Shown: piece after piece, positions 50,405 to 64,000 of the stretch
Layout of the letters: every line of letters begins with the position of its first letter
How positions within the stretch are numbered: position 1 is the first letter of the stretch
Made by a program: the position numbers and the translations under genes
The notes under the pieces: generated by a model
What the model saw: the letters and a program-made list of their open reading frames with translations, nothing else
The model's database searches: none
Told to the model about the DNA's origin: nothing
NCBI RefSeq assembly: GCF_037042905.1
Contig: NC_087250.1
Span: 10,852,001-10,916,000, forward strand
Direction: 5' to 3'
Length of the DNA stretch: 64,000 nucleotides
Source of the DNA: Lytechinus pictus
Lineage: Eukaryota

Positions 50405-52920
50405 TTTTTGTCTCACCTGCGAAGCAGAGTGAGACTATAGGCGCCGCTTTTCAGACGGCGTCAACATCAAATCTTAAACGATGATTAAGTTTTGAAAATG
50501 ACACCATAACTTAGAAAGTATTTAGACCTAGTTCATGAAACTTTGCCATTAGGTTAATTAAGTATTACTTAACATTTTGCCTGAGTTTCAGGCCACATAA
50601 AAAGAAAGAAAAAAGAACGTCGAGGAGCTACAGGTAATACAAATATTTTGTTTGTAAAAAAAAAGGACAGCGGAGAAAATGTCGGTGCAGCAATATTATC
50701 GGGGCAGCATCATTGTCGCACTTACTTCGTGGAGCAATTGTCGATTAGGCATATTTCTTTTATTGAAAAAAATCATGTCGAAAATTAAGAGTGTTATATG
50801 TCGATTAGATTAGGAGATATGATGGTAAATGCATGTGACACCTATCATACGTCCGACCATTCCACAAATTTATAAATGAAATATTTGCGTCGTTAATTGC
50901 AAGGTTGATTCAAAGTATCAAAGTAAAACTTTTACTAAGTCAATCACCGTTCAAAAACCGAGCGCCACGCAAGATCCTATCTGTGATCCGCCATAACTTA
51001 AACATCAGAAACAAATACATGAACAAGCCTCCACAATTCACGCAACAGACGAGAAAAAAGCGGGACGTGAGTGTTCACTTAATACATTTTTTAAAGCTTT
51101 TTATTCGTCACAAAACATTGAAAATATATTTAAAAATGCGCTGCATCTTCAATCAAACAGATTGTGCCTAACATAAAACATTTCGTAAATACATCGTTTT
51201 GTACTAAAAATAACCTAACTTGAAACCTGGCCCTGCCGACAAGACAATCAATAGACCGAAAAGTGAAAAGGAGAGATTCGCGAGCAAGCACAGCTAGCTG
51301 CGTGCAGGCGGCGTGCAAGCTGCGAGAAAGCTGCAAGGATAATCTAGGATCGATTCTTCCTGTTAATCCGCTTTAATCTGTGCAGCGCGCCGCCGCTAGC
51401 TGCATCTAGCGGCGAGATACATCCTGTTCACTAATCACCGCAGTGGGGGTGTGCCCGCGGGTTACACGCTGCCAATACAATATGGATGTGCTCACTAAGT
51501 TCAAAGCTCATTTAGGGTCAATGAACTTAGACAATTTAAAATGTCATCGTAACTTACAAAATATATTGACCTAGTTCATAAAACTTGGCCATAAGGTTTA
51601 TCAAGTATTTCTGAACATCCTGCCTGAGGTTCAAGACACATGATCTAGGTAGAAGGTCATGTAGGGTCAATGAACTGTGGTCAGATTTGGGGTTTCTGTT
51701 GAATTACCATCATAACTTTGAAAGTTTATGGATCTGAACATCCTGTGCGAGTTTCAGGTCACATGGTTTGTTGAATTACCATCAAAACTTTGAATGTTTA
51801 TTGGTCTAGTTCATAAAATAAGAGTAATCAAGTATCATTGAACATCCTGTGCGAATTCCAGGTCACATGACCAAGGTCAAAGGTCAATGAACTTTGGCCA
51901 TGTTGGGGGTATCTGATGAATTACCATCATAACGTTGAGAGTTATGGATCTGATTCGTGACACTTGGACAAAAGAGTAATCAAGTATCACTGAACATCCT
52001 GCGCGAATTTCAGGTCACATCACCAAGGTCAAAGGTCAATGAACTTTGACCATGTTTGGGGTATCTGTTGAATTACCATCATAACGTTGAGAGTTATGGA
52101 TCTGATTCGTGACACTTGGACAAAAGAGTAATCAAGTATCACTTAACAACCTGTGCGAGTTTCAGGTCACATGACCAAGTTCAAAGGTCAGTGAATTTTG
52201 GCCTTGTTAGGGGTATCTGATGAATTACCATCATAACTTTAAAAGTTTATGAATCTGATTCATGAAACTTGGACAAAAGAGTAATCAAGTATCACTGAAC
52301 AGCCTAGGCGAAGTTCAGGTCACATGACCAAGGTCAAAGGTCAATAAACTTTGGCCATGTTTGGATATCTGTTGAATTACCATCATAACTCTCAAAGTGT
52401 ATTGGTCTAGTTAATAAAACTTGGCCATAAGAGTAACAAGAATCACTGAACATCCTGTGCGAGTTCCAGGTCACATGACCGAGGTCAATGGACTTTGGCT
52501 ATGTGGGGGGGGGGGTATTTGTTGAATAACCATCATAACTCTGAAAATATGGATCTAGTTCATAAAAACTTTGACATAAGAGTAATCAAGTATGACTGAA
52601 AATCTCATGCGAGTTTCAGGTGACAAAGGTCATTAAACTTTGGCCATTTTGGAGGTAATTATTAGATTGCTTTCATAAATTTCAAAGTTTATAGATATAG
52701 TTTATAAAATGTGGAAATAGGGGTAATCAAGTATCACTGACAAGTCTTAGGTTGCATGATCAAGGTCAAATGTCATTTACTGTCAATGAACGTAGTATTG
52801 TATTATTATATGAAAGGTATTTTTTGTGAATAATTATTTTATAGTAGTTTTCAAAGTCAGCACTGTTGCTATATTAAATCGCGCGATGCAGATGAGACTG
52901 CCAGAGGCGCTCCACTTGTT
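50405..52920 (+). mobile_element. Helentron-associated (HINE/DINE-1-like) element with tandem core
   Basis: tttttGTCTCACCTGC with adjacent inverted gcagagtgagac; 3' subTIR GCAGATGAGAC (52888-52898) then short tail to acttgtt; about 152-bp tandem units at 51490-52790; related heads near 8610-8760 (+) and 41640-41720 (-). Confidence 0.65.
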
Positions 52921-53163
52921 TATTTATTTTTGAGTATTTTTTTTTTTTTTTTTTTTTTTTGGGGGGGGGGATTTAGCCCTACAAAGCCAACATTCTAAGC
53001 TCTTTTTTGTAGCAATGCGTATCGAAGCAAACAATGCAAATGCTTTCGCGAGCTGCAGATATACGACACGTTTCAAATGAAAAAGGAAATATTTTAGGGA
53101 GTACTTAATCATGAAGAGGGTATTTATTTATTGCCTGGGAAGGGTAACTGGTATATACAAGGC

Positions 53164-53982
53164 CCGGGGGGCCACTTCAATTGACAAGTGGGTGCCATGC
53201 GTGAACTTGTGGTTTCGAAAAGCACCCTAAACAATTGCGTGCCGGATTGGTTACCGTTTGTGTAGGAAGAGAGAGCAAAAGAAAAAAAGCCCCGCAAACT
53301 CGGATTGTTTTCAGACGGATAGGCCTATTGCATATGTTGTGTATATCAACGCATGCGAAATGGTATCCACTGGAGAGGTGATCTGACCCATGGAATCAAT
53401 TGCCAGTGATCCACGAATAATCCGCATTTGATGCAATATCGATTCGATGGACTGTAATGATCTATATCTAAGCCTTAATTCAGTAAGTTTTTCCTCACTC
53501 AATATGTACTCGATTTGTTTGAAAAAACAGTTTCTTATCCATGTCATAATCTACCACGTAGGCCGCTAGCCTTTCGCATATCTCCAGCCAGCTACCAGAG
53601 TAGCGGCCCGTCGCTGGCTCAGGCGGGCATACGCTGATGACCAGTCGTACATGCATGAGAGCGGAAAGGCATGCATGGTTTTGCATAAAAGAATTTTGCA
53701 CACGAAAAGCAGATCTATAGGGCCTGTAACACAAAGATTAGCAATGATTGTGTAACAGTTTTCTACGTTTGATTCTATTGACAATAATGTACAATCAATC
53801 TTAAAAATCGAGTGTATGATTAATCGTTAACTTTTGTGCTACCGGACCCTCGTGACGCGTTTCTGAGGTCTGCGAAAACTCGCTATTACGTTACGTACGC
53901 AACGTGCCCTATCTTGACATTTTTTTTAACGTGTTTTTTGGTCGCGCATGGTATCCACTCGTTGATGGAAGTGCTCCCCCCG
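53164..53982. mobile_element. TIR-bounded non-autonomous element, unclassified
   Basis: ggggggccacttcaattgacaagtgggtgccatgcg versus cgcatggtatccactcgttgatggaagtgctcccccc. Confidence 0.55.
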
Positions 53983-54627
53983 CATCCAAGGGTAATTTCC
54001 TCTCGAACATGACGAGTAGTTTAATGCGAGATTAAGAAAAAAAGTTATGATGAAATTTAGTTTATTTCTTTTTAATTTGGACAAAGGGTTCATAGGCAAT
54101 TAAGGGAAATATAACCCAAAACGATCTCCATCCCAGTTTGCCATCCACGAGGGGCTCCTTTGGAACAACAGTAATTAAAACTAATGGAATGATAAAGAAA
54201 ACACAGATTTAAAGCAACTGAAACTAGAGGTGATGTCGAAGGCAAGGAGTTGTCCTCTGGGAAATTCATCCTTCCGAGAGGGACTTGCCCGACCAGAGTA
54301 ATTGTCCTCCAGGAGTTTCCAAATTTTAGGGAAACATCCTCAGGGGGACCCGTCCTACGGGAGAGATGTCCCCTGCGGATGAGTTTTCCCCCTAGGAGAG
54401 CAGTCCTCCGGGGAGTTACCCTCAGGGGGGGGGGGGAGGTTGCCATGAAGTTGTCCTCCGGAGGCAAAATTCTTATTCCAACACGATTTCCGGACCCCAT
54501 TATGAATAATCATGACTTTCGTCTTCAGAATAAGAGTACGCATGCGCTTTACAAAATTGTGGTCGTTCGCGTTGCATGCCATGACCGAATAAGCACCCTC
54601 AAATTGCTGGTACCCTTTTAACGTTGA

Positions 54628-55855
54628 GTGATTTTGATATCGATCTGCTTCACTACCACGAAAAGCCAGCTTGCTAGGATCTTTTTAGATACTATGATCT
54701 CAAATTCTTTTACTCCTCGCATCACTAAGCCAACTCGCATTTTTGGTGTTACTACGACGCTTATTGATGTTTTCACAAACATCCACGGTTATTTAGACAT
54801 GGGTATAATAGTATCTGATTTAACAGACCACTTCCCTGTATTTGTTTCTTCTCCCCGCATATTTAGTACTAATCAAAACTATTCAACATTTCCAGGTTCA
54901 ATAAGAATATGTCAGAACAAAATACTGGACGTTTCTTAAAATGCTTGTCACAGGTTGACTGGTCCACGGTACTGAATACAACTGATGTTAACCAAGCTTA
55001 TGGTGAATATTATTCTACCTTTATTGCTCTCAAGAAATCTTGGAGTCATTAGTAAACTTAAACCTCATTTTCCGCATCACATTTTCAAATTATTGTATTC
55101 TACTTTATTGTTACCATATCTGAATAATGGAATTTTAGACTTGGGAAATGCCTCTAAGACAAAACTAGAATTCATACTTAAAATAAAAAAAAAAGCCGCG
55201 AGGATAATTTCTTCTTCTGACGTTCTTGCTCATACTAATCCGCTATTTTATTCAAACAAGTTATTAAAAGTAACCTATTTATATTATTATTTTGTTGGTA
55301 TATTTATGTATCAACTAAATAAACGGGAATTACCGAGTGTATTCTCTGATTTGCTTGTTCAAAATCAAGAAATCCGTTCCTACCCAACTCGACAAGTACA
55401 TAATTTCCACATGCCTCCAGTGCGCACTGTTCTTGCCTTTAAATCATTTGCTTATACAGGGCCTTCCTTTTGGAATAATTTAGACACCCATATAATTTAG
55501 GCGCCCTCTTTATATTATTTTTAATGTAGGCTGAAAACATTTCTATTACAATCGTACGCTAGTGGGTAAGCGCCTTGCTCGAGTGACTTATCATGTATAA
55601 CTCTTTATAATGTATTGATTTTTTTTCATTTGATTTATCTCGCTTCATTGCGTTAGGAGTTTTTAATCCTTGATTATTTTCTTCTGGTAACCTATATGTC
55701 TACAAGCTTTGCTTTTTAATAGGTTCCTCATATTTCACGATATTGTATTTCCTTGTAAAACACTACAATCATGTATTTTTTGTCATCATCTTCTCATAAT
55801 TATGTTCAAGATGTATGTTTTTGTGGAATGTGAAACAATAAATCAAATCAAATAA
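54628..55855 (+). mobile_element. CR1-group (L2/Crack-like) LINE relic with the RT core deleted
   Basis: APE end PTRI...TLIDVFTN...SDLTDHFPVF joined to the C terminus LYSTLLLPYL...KKAARII...HTNPLF...GPSFWNNL; aataaa(tcaaa)n tail. Confidence 0.8.
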
Positions 55856-57309
55856 AAAACTTTAGGCCTTAGATCTATAAATAGCCATTAAAGACAAGAC
55901 AAAATATTAAACTAGGCCATGGCTAGCTAGCATAGACTAGAGCATTAACTTGATTATCTCATTGGTTTACATTAAGTAAACGTAAAAGTTCGGAATTAAG
56001 GATAAATACCAATTGTACGATATCAAAATTAGTTCGAACAGAATTCAATAAAAATACAACCAAAGTGTTTGTATATATGAATAAAAAAATAATTCAAATA
56101 GCTCTGAAAGAAAATGGGTAGAATTGCTAAGAAATGAGCCAAATAAGCACGAAATTCCATCAATTGTCGTGTATTTTTGGAAGCAATATTAATACATTGT
56201 GCCACATGCGCCTTTTTTGTGTTAGTGATCATCATAATTATCGATTTTGAGTTAAGATTTCATGATTTTTCAAAGATAAGTTTACATTAATGTGCCAGAT
56301 CTAGATATATGAAAATATTTTGACAATTAGCTTTAATTAATTTTTTTTTTCATGAAATAGAAAGTCTAATTGTTTGTTGCAACTAGATGTACTTTTTTTT
56401 AAACCTTTAACCAGTTATTACTTACCATGGCATTTCTCGGCTGCATGCATTAGACAGGTCCAGATTTAAGATGAAGTTAATGCCCTATAACCTAGACAAG
56501 CCATAGCTCAACCTACCCTAGCTCAATGACAATTTAATAAATGCTTAAGGATTGGATCTATAAGGCCTGATGGTACCTGCAATTTGAGGGTGTTGATTCA
56601 TTCGTGGCAAAACGAACGACCACATTTTCGTCCTCGCACATGCGAAGTATTATTTCGAAGACGCAAGTTATGAATATCAATAATGGGGTATGGAAAACTT
56701 GTGGGAAAAATGATTTCACCCCCCCCCCCCCCGAGGCCGTGTCTTATAACTTCTAAAGACAAAAAAGCGAATTCAAGACTGTGAAATATTATTGCTTTGA
56801 AAGACCTGGGTATAACGCTATGCTTATTTTCCTTACTATTTCAAATTTTCTAGCAGTGTCATTTGGCACGTATTTGTTATTTATACATGTAAATACTTAC
56901 TCAAAGTGTTTGGTTTTGCTCAAACAATGGTTAATTACCTCCATCGTAGCATTTTTCTATTACAGTTTTCCCCCTTTTTTCCTTCTGCTTTCTTTCAAAA
57001 TTTTCGTATCAGGACAGCTACCCCCTTGACATCCACCCCGGACATCCACTCCCCGGATATCCACCCTCTAGGACATCCAACCCCTAGGACAAGTACCCCC
57101 TTGGACATCTACACCCTAGGACATCTACCCCCGGACTTCTACCCCCCCCCCCTCGGACATCCACACCCGGACATCCGCCCCGGGACATCTACCCCTGACA
57201 TCTACCCAGACATCTACCCTCGGACACCCACCCCCGGACATCTACCCCAGACATCTACATCCCGGACATCAACCCCCGGACATCTTCACCCTAAGACAAG
57301 TACCCTTGG

Positions 57310-59700
57310 AGGCTGAAGCGCGAGCTTAAAATTTTCATTTTCCGACGAGAAAACTTGAAATGTACTTTTCGCAATCATTACGATGATAGGTTTCTAGCAT
57401 ACCTATGCGAGCGCGATACGCGAGCCAGTTTTTGTTAATTCAAACTCGCATTTTTTATCACCTTTTTAACCATGAAAATAATACGTATCTCACTAACAAC
57501 TGATGCGAGCGCGAAGTGCGAGCTGAATATTTTTGATTTTCCGACGTTTAAATCCGAAGGTTTTAGCACTTTTGTAACTACAGTGCGTATCAAAGTTAAT
57601 ACTATGAAAAAGCCCTGGGAATTAAAAAAAATACAACATGTGAGTAATTTTATCACATATAATCTTGGGTTTGGGTCTCATCTATCTAATGAAAGTAAAA
57701 GTTTTGACAGAATGATACACTTGAGTGAGCACTCTCCATTTTTGTAAAGCTCGCAGATATCTGTTTACGCAGAAATGCTCGTTTTCACGCTCGGCGAAAT
57801 CAAACTTATCCTGCGAAACATTTCTCATTCATTTCCCTTGCACTTTTAGTCAATTGAAATAAAACATATTCATTAAAACATTTTGTAACATTTTTGCCTT
57901 CAAAATTGAAATTTAAACACTTAGTGAGCACAACCTTTACCTTTTTTTATGCCAGCTGGATCTGAGGACATAACTGAATCTGAACAAAAGTTTATACCAG
58001 ACATCTCCAGCATTTTTTCACTAAGTTTGTATCATTTAAAGTGGGTTTACATTTCATTTTTTCATTTAATACTTGTTTCTCCACACTTTTCCCAAGCTTG
58101 ACAATGATTAGCAAAATGAAAATTAAGCCTAAGCCATTTTATGTAAATCAAAGCTCAGTGTAAAGCAAATATCGTCACGATGGCCTCGGTTTGTGGGGGA
58201 GTGGGGTGGAGCGCAATGCACTCTTCGAAGTGTTTTGGGCAAGGAAACAACGTAAAAAGGTAAAAGATATCATCAAATCAATTTTACTAGCTTAATTCCG
58301 CTTGTTCTATTTAATTAAGGTCTACTTTTATTCGCATAACAATTTCAAAGTTCTGCGCAAATTATTTTTCACTAACCTTTCAAAAGTAAGTGCTCACTTA
58401 AGAGGAAATATTTTTCGACAGTTATATAGTGATTTACTTAAATGGATCTGTACAAATGTTAAAATGTGGAAAAACTTTCAGGATATTACATATATATAAT
58501 TTTACAGAATTTTTTCTAAGTGTAAACCTTTTTTGGATACGCACTGTATAAACAAAATATGTACCTTACTAAACAATTGATGCGAGCGCGAAGCCCGAGC
58601 TGAAAATCTTTAAGTTGGTTTTCCAAATTTTAAAAAGGAAACCTTTATCTCATTTTGTAACTATAACAAAAATAGGTGTCTAACTAAACAACTGATGAAA
58701 GCGCGAAGCGCGAGCTTATAATTTTCATTTTTTTCTACTAGAAAACTAGTACTTTTAAACTGCAAGTTTTTAGCAATTAGGTTTTGCAACCATGAACATT
58801 ATATATATCTAACTAAACAACTGATGCGAGAGCAAAGTACGAACTGAAAAATGTTGATTTTTCTACTTTTAAACTCTAAATTTGTAAGACTTTTGTTAAC
58901 AAGGTGCGGAATAGTAGAATAGGTATCTAACTAAAAAGCAACTGATGCGAACGCGAAGCACGAGCTGAAAATTCTAATTTTCTGACTCAAATATTTGATG
59001 TTCTATGAGTAAGCCTACTTTTTGTAACCATGAAAACAAAAGCGTATCTGATCAAACGATTAAAATGAAGGGTAAAATGAGAACCTCAAAAGTGGATATT
59101 TTGAGCACTTTTGACAAGATTGATACCTAATTTATAACGATTATTGCGATCCCGAATTGAAGGCCAAATGTGTTTTTTATTTTGACCCCAAAATCAGACA
59201 TTCTATGCACTTTTTCTTACAGTGAAAAGGATGGGAATCTATTTAAAAAAAATGATATTCTGACCACAATTTTGACATTTTTATCACTTTTGGTAATCAT
59301 GAACAGGATTGTCATGTACATGTAACTAAGCAATTAATATAGAGCTGAAAATTTGTAATATTCTGCATTAAAATTTAGACGTCCCAAGCAGTTTCTGTAA
59401 TCAGGAGCAGGATAGGCATTTAACTAATCGATGCGAGTTCGAAACGCGAACTGAAATTGTTTGATATTCCGACCCAAAACTGGACATTCTAAGCACTTTT
59501 TTAGTCTATGAGCAGGATAAGTATAGTAATATATCTTTATGGTATCTATCCAAACCATTGATTGATGCAAGCGTGAAGCAAAAGCTGCACAATCTTGATA
59601 TTTCAATCTAAAATTTGGACATTAGATTACGCATTTTTGGTAATCATGAACAGGATGAGTATTTAAATAAACATTTTCTGCGAGCGCGAAGTGAAGCGCA
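57310..59700 (+). repeat. Dispersed tandem family of about 115-130 bp with gcgagcgcgaagcgcgagc core
   Basis: Many copies here and at 34450-34850, 37000-37250 and 50020-50400. Confidence 0.75.
57581..58546. mobile_element. Tc1/mariner-type MITE
   Basis: TA-CAGTGCGTATC...GATACGCACTG-TA. Confidence 0.8.
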
Positions 59701-59844
59701 AATATCATATTGATGCCCCAAATGTCGAATATCAATTTGGCATCCCCTCCCTAGGTTAAACAGAAATTTGGCACCCAAGGTCAAACATCGAATTGGCGCC
59801 TGAAAGGGCGGATATGAAATTGGTGCCACTCTCCCTAGGTTAAA

Positions 59845-60422
59845 AGGGATGGTCCGGGCTGAAAATATTTATATCTAAAAAAATAGATAAAAATTCGCAG
59901 AGCAAAATGCTGAAAATTTCATCAAAATCGGATAAAAAATAACGAAGTTATTGAATTTTAAAGTTTATCAATATTTTTTGAAAAGTTATATGCACATTGT
60001 CAAAAATATTCATCCCCACTTTCCTATTTTTTTATGTTATTACATGAAATCATAAATGTTTCATTTGTTTTACATGTGTAATTGATGTGTCTCCATCACG
60101 ATGACATGAGTTGCGGCAATAAATAACTAATGCAACTTATCAGTTGTCAATCCAATTGTTTTAGTTCTTGGAAATCTTTTTTTAATAAACCTAATTTCAT
60201 ACTAAAAAATACAAAAGAACAAGTGGGTATATGACATCATCAGCCCATCTAATGAATATTCATAAAGACATGCATAGAACTGTTTCACCGGAATAATACA
60301 AATCGTTAAAATTCAATAACTTTGTTATTTGTGATCCGATTTTGATCAAATTTTAAGCATTTTGCTTTGTGAATTTCACTCTATTTATTGAGATATAAAT
60401 ATTTCCAGCCTGGACCATCCCT
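59845..60422. mobile_element. Kolobok-like MITE
   Basis: agggatggtccgggctg.aaatatttatatc versus gatataaatatttccagcctggaccatccct; TIR over 100 bp; taaa/ttaa flanks. Confidence 0.8.
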
Positions 60423-60647
60423 TTAAAATGAATTTTGCGCCCCCAAACAAATATAAAATTGGCGCCCCTATGTCGAACATCAATTCGGCGCCCCTCTGTA
60501 GAACATCAAGTCGGCGCCCTCCAGTTTGAACATGAATATGGCGCCCCCCCCCCCCCATGTTCGAATATCAATTCAGCGCTCCCTAATTTAACATCAATTT
60601 GGGGCCCTCCTAGTTCCAACATCAAATCGGCACCCGGGTCAACATAT

Positions 60648-60970
60648 ATTTTTCCTTCTCTCTTTATTCCCCCCTCTTCCTCTATTTGTTTTGTCTCCTC
60701 CTCTCCCCTCTTTCTTCTCCCCCCGGCTCTTTTTTCTTCTCTTCATTTCGCCCTCTTCCTGTCTCTTTTTTCTTCTTTTTCTTTCCCCTTTTCCAATCTC
60801 TCCTTTTCTTCTTTTGTTTTCCCCTTTTTTTCTTCTTTCCCCCTTTTTCTCTTTCTCTTTTTTTTTTCATTTCATTTACCTTTTCCTCTTTTTTCTTCTC
60901 TTTCTTTCTTCTCTTCCCTTTTTTCTTCTTTTCTTTCCTCCTTTCCCTCTTTCTTTTTTTCTTTTTCTTC
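60648..60970. repeat. C/T-rich low-complexity tract
   Basis: Direct reading. Confidence 0.9.
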
Positions 60971-62730
60971 GGCGCCTGGCTTTAAAGATCCCTTTTTAAA
61001 GTCAATATGCACAAATAACTCTGCTCGGGATTAGATTTATTTATTATATACGCACCATGTTCATGCTCACTAAAAAGTGCAAAATTTTTTTTTTATCCTC
61101 TCCATGAAATCCAGCAAACAGTCCTTGTGTAGATGTACAGTCGGGGGGGGGGGGGTAAATATCCGGGGGGAAATGTCCGGGGAATAAATTCCAGGGGGTG
61201 GATGTCCGGGGGGGGGGGGGTAGATGTCTGGGGTAGATCTCCGGAGGTAGATGTCAGGGGGTAGATGTCCTAGGGGGTACTTGTCCTAGGAGTAGAAGTC
61301 CTAGAGGGTGGATATCCGGGGTGGATATCCAGGGGTAGATGTCCTAGAATAAAAATTTAAGTTTTTATATTTGCTGTTCCAACACGTACTAACCCTTTCC
61401 GAAGGAGTCCGACCACTTGACCGAAGGCCCGCGAGACCGAATGTCCACGAGACCAAAGGCCTGCGAGACCGATTTTTTTTTTTTTCTTTCATCAGGTGCC
61501 GAGTGGTTTAAGGCGCCTCGTTGCAGCGGCGTATGCCTGTTATCGAAGGGGGAGGGGGCAGAGTCCAATCTTTCCCGGTAACTCCGTCAAGAATTAGTGA
61601 CATATAGGATTTTATTTGGGGCGGGAGTGAGCGAGGGAAGCGCGCTACCTGGGGGTGCAGGGAGTGGGAGCTCCGACGTTCCTGTGAATCGTTTCTTGTC
61701 TGCTCCCGCTCATCTTAATACGTCATCTGCCTGTTTTTCGGGGGGGGGGGGGATGATCCAAAATTTTTCCCGGTAACTAAGTCCAGAAGGACTTCATTTT
61801 AGGGGGCGGTAGTGAGCACGCAAAAGTGGTGAAACACTCAATACTGAGCGCGCAAAAGGCGCTCCCTATGAGGGGGAGTTTTCCCCCTCCCATGCAAAGC
61901 ACGGAAGCTCCGACGTTTTCTTCGAATTGTTCCTTAATTCGTCGGCGGTCATGCGACGGTACAAGTCCTACTCTATTCATAACTAAATTTCTAGGCAGCA
62001 ATTTATTTTATTTTCTGAGATATGAGAGGATTTTCACGGCGATGCCATACATATTTTTGTATAAAATGCACAAATCCCATTAGATACAATTCAATGCGCG
62101 CGGTCAGCCAAACTGTCGTATCGGCCATCTGCACTGTATTGACTTTGCACGTGAAAAGTGATACGACGTTTTGACAGACCGCGCGCATTGAAATCGCGGT
62201 CAGGGTTGTTGTATTCCCTATGGCCTTTTGTACAGGGGAAATCTAAACCGCTCAAACCGATAATACAAGCATGTAGCTCTTTTGCGATATTTTCTCTGAT
62301 CCTTGCTTTTATGTAAAAATAAGGATACCATTGTCAAGCAATTGTCTTGGTCTTTCTAACCATGCATTTTTCTAGCAATGAATATGTTGTAAGGCTGGGG
62401 AACTAAGTGTGAAAATTATAGTAAACTTTGAAGTCGATTTTCTCTGAAATGGGTTTGCACCGTCGTATGTGTGATACGACGGTTCGGAAGACCGCCGACG
62501 AATTGTCTGCTCCCGCTCCCTTTATATTCTCTGCATGTTATCGGGAGAGCCAAATAATTCCCGGTAACTAAATTTAGAATCAGTGGCGTTGCTAGGATTT
62601 CATTTAAGGGGGTGATGGTGAGCACGCGAATCGTCCATCGGGGACTGAGTTTTCATGAGGGAGTCGCCCTCCGGAGGAGTGGTCCTAAAACACATTTTGT
62701 ATAGTTTTTTTTGGTGTGTTATCGTGATAT

Positions 62731-62756
62731 CAGCAGCAGCAGCAGCAGTAGAAGTC

Positions 62757-62788
<32 letters not shown>

Positions 62789-62857
62789 CGGAGTCGTAGT
62801 CATCGTAGTTGTTGTAGTAGTTGTAGTAGTCGTAGTAGTAGTAGTAGTGTAGTAGTG
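62731..62857. repeat. (CAG)n/(GTA)n microsatellite
   Basis: Direct reading. Confidence 0.9.
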
Positions 62858-64000
62858 ATAAACCTGATATTTGTTTCTATTGTCGTTATTATTCACCATT
62901 ATTATCGTTATCATCATACGATTATTGATATTTTTATCAATATTATTAATGTAGAGGAAGCGTGAAAGAGGAAGGACATGCATTTGATAGATAGGAAAGA
63001 GGAATAGAGAAATGCAGATGAAGAAAAAAAAATGTAGATGAGGTAAATAATAATAATAGCCGTAAAATGGTAGGAAAATAAATTAATAGAAGCACCGAGT
63101 TCACCTAGAGCATATAGGAAAGACGTAGATAAAAATCATGAAGAAAAAAGAAGCGAAATTATTTAGGAATAAGATGCTAACATAATTAAAGATAACAGAG
63201 AAGGAGAGAGAGAGAGGGGGGGTCAAAACTCAACCCCCACCCTGAAAAAGTTATAGGAGAACGTGAATGCTCGGCTGGAGGATCAGGCGTAGCATCTCGC
63301 CGCGAACTGTGGGTGCAACATTTGCACTCTTGCTCTTGGAATACTTTAAAACGTTTTTTACGTATGTGAGAACATATACCAATATCAATCTTAGAGTGCA
63401 GACAATTTAAACTAATTTCAAGAGAATGGATCGTTCAATTTAGACAATTTTATGATATTACATTGAAAATATGTATTTTGAGGAGAGATGCTTGGACTGC
63501 GGAACTCGACGGAGTTAATCGCCGCAACCCTGGTAGGGTCAGGCTGCCAAGCCCGCTGAGCGCTGTTGCAAGCTGAACTCGAAGCTGGGTGTGCAAACGT
63601 GGCGCAAAAGTAGAAAAACACAGTTGTTTAGAAATAGATCATCAATTGCCTACCGGATATTTAGTGTCTGAAAACAGGACACACGAAATGTAATGGAAAC
63701 ACTGTTTAACAAGCAGTAACTTGCCGTTTACCAGCCCTGCTGAATCAATGAAACATGAATGTTGATGCGGCTTCATTCATTTTTGCTAAGCTTAGATGAC
63801 GTCATCATGTACGAATTAGCGCTCGTTCGAGCACTATGACATCGTACCAGTGGCGTACCTGATATATTACGTCAGGGGGGGGGGGGGGCAAGCGGCAAGG
63901 ATGAGCACGGTGGGGGGGGGGTAGAAGGCATGGACGTATAGGCACAATTTCTTCGAGCGAGCGAACATTTTTTTCAATTATTATTTAGCCTTTTTACATG

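Larger units (their letters stand above)
57006..61351. mobile_element. Foldback element with ggacatctacccc repeat arms (MULE-like)
   Basis: Repeat arms at 57012-57310 and their complement at 61150-61345; ends approximate. Confidence 0.55.

Noticed and set aside
57490..59700. ctgatgcgagcgcgaagcgcgagctgaaa units as hammerheads
   Set aside because: The core lacks A9, stem II does not abut the core, and there is no stem I or III.
63490..63600. GC-rich stretch as a structured RNA
   Set aside because: No recognisable family motif or convincing fold.

Overview
AT-rich eukaryotic DNA, probably from a marine invertebrate. The repeat repertoire looks echinoid-like, which is inference only. The window consists mostly of nested transposons lying in and around large introns of a minus-strand Roco-family (Roc GTPase) host gene. 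Three in-phase exons of that gene can be read directly (41058-41245, 32929-33018, 24342-24515). Retroelements: an I-clade LINE (81-5643), apparently inserted into the 3' end of a 5'-truncated Penelope/Poseidon element next to its hammerhead ribozyme motif; a full-length Neptune-type Penelope-like element (43837-48217) with 132-bp pseudo-LTRs, each carrying a minimal variant hammerhead; an internally deleted Gypsy element with PPT and 3' LTR; and a CR1-group LINE relic. DNA elements: a truncated DD34E Tc1 and many non-autonomous elements resembling Academ, Harbinger, Kolobok, Ginger, MULE, Tc1/mariner and Helentron types, several with verifiable TSDs and empty-site paralogs. The most unusual signal is a set of 28-39-bp CAT-initiated hairpins with 7-8-bp TSDs that resemble P-element excision footprints. 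Most short ORFs in the supplied track are spurious.
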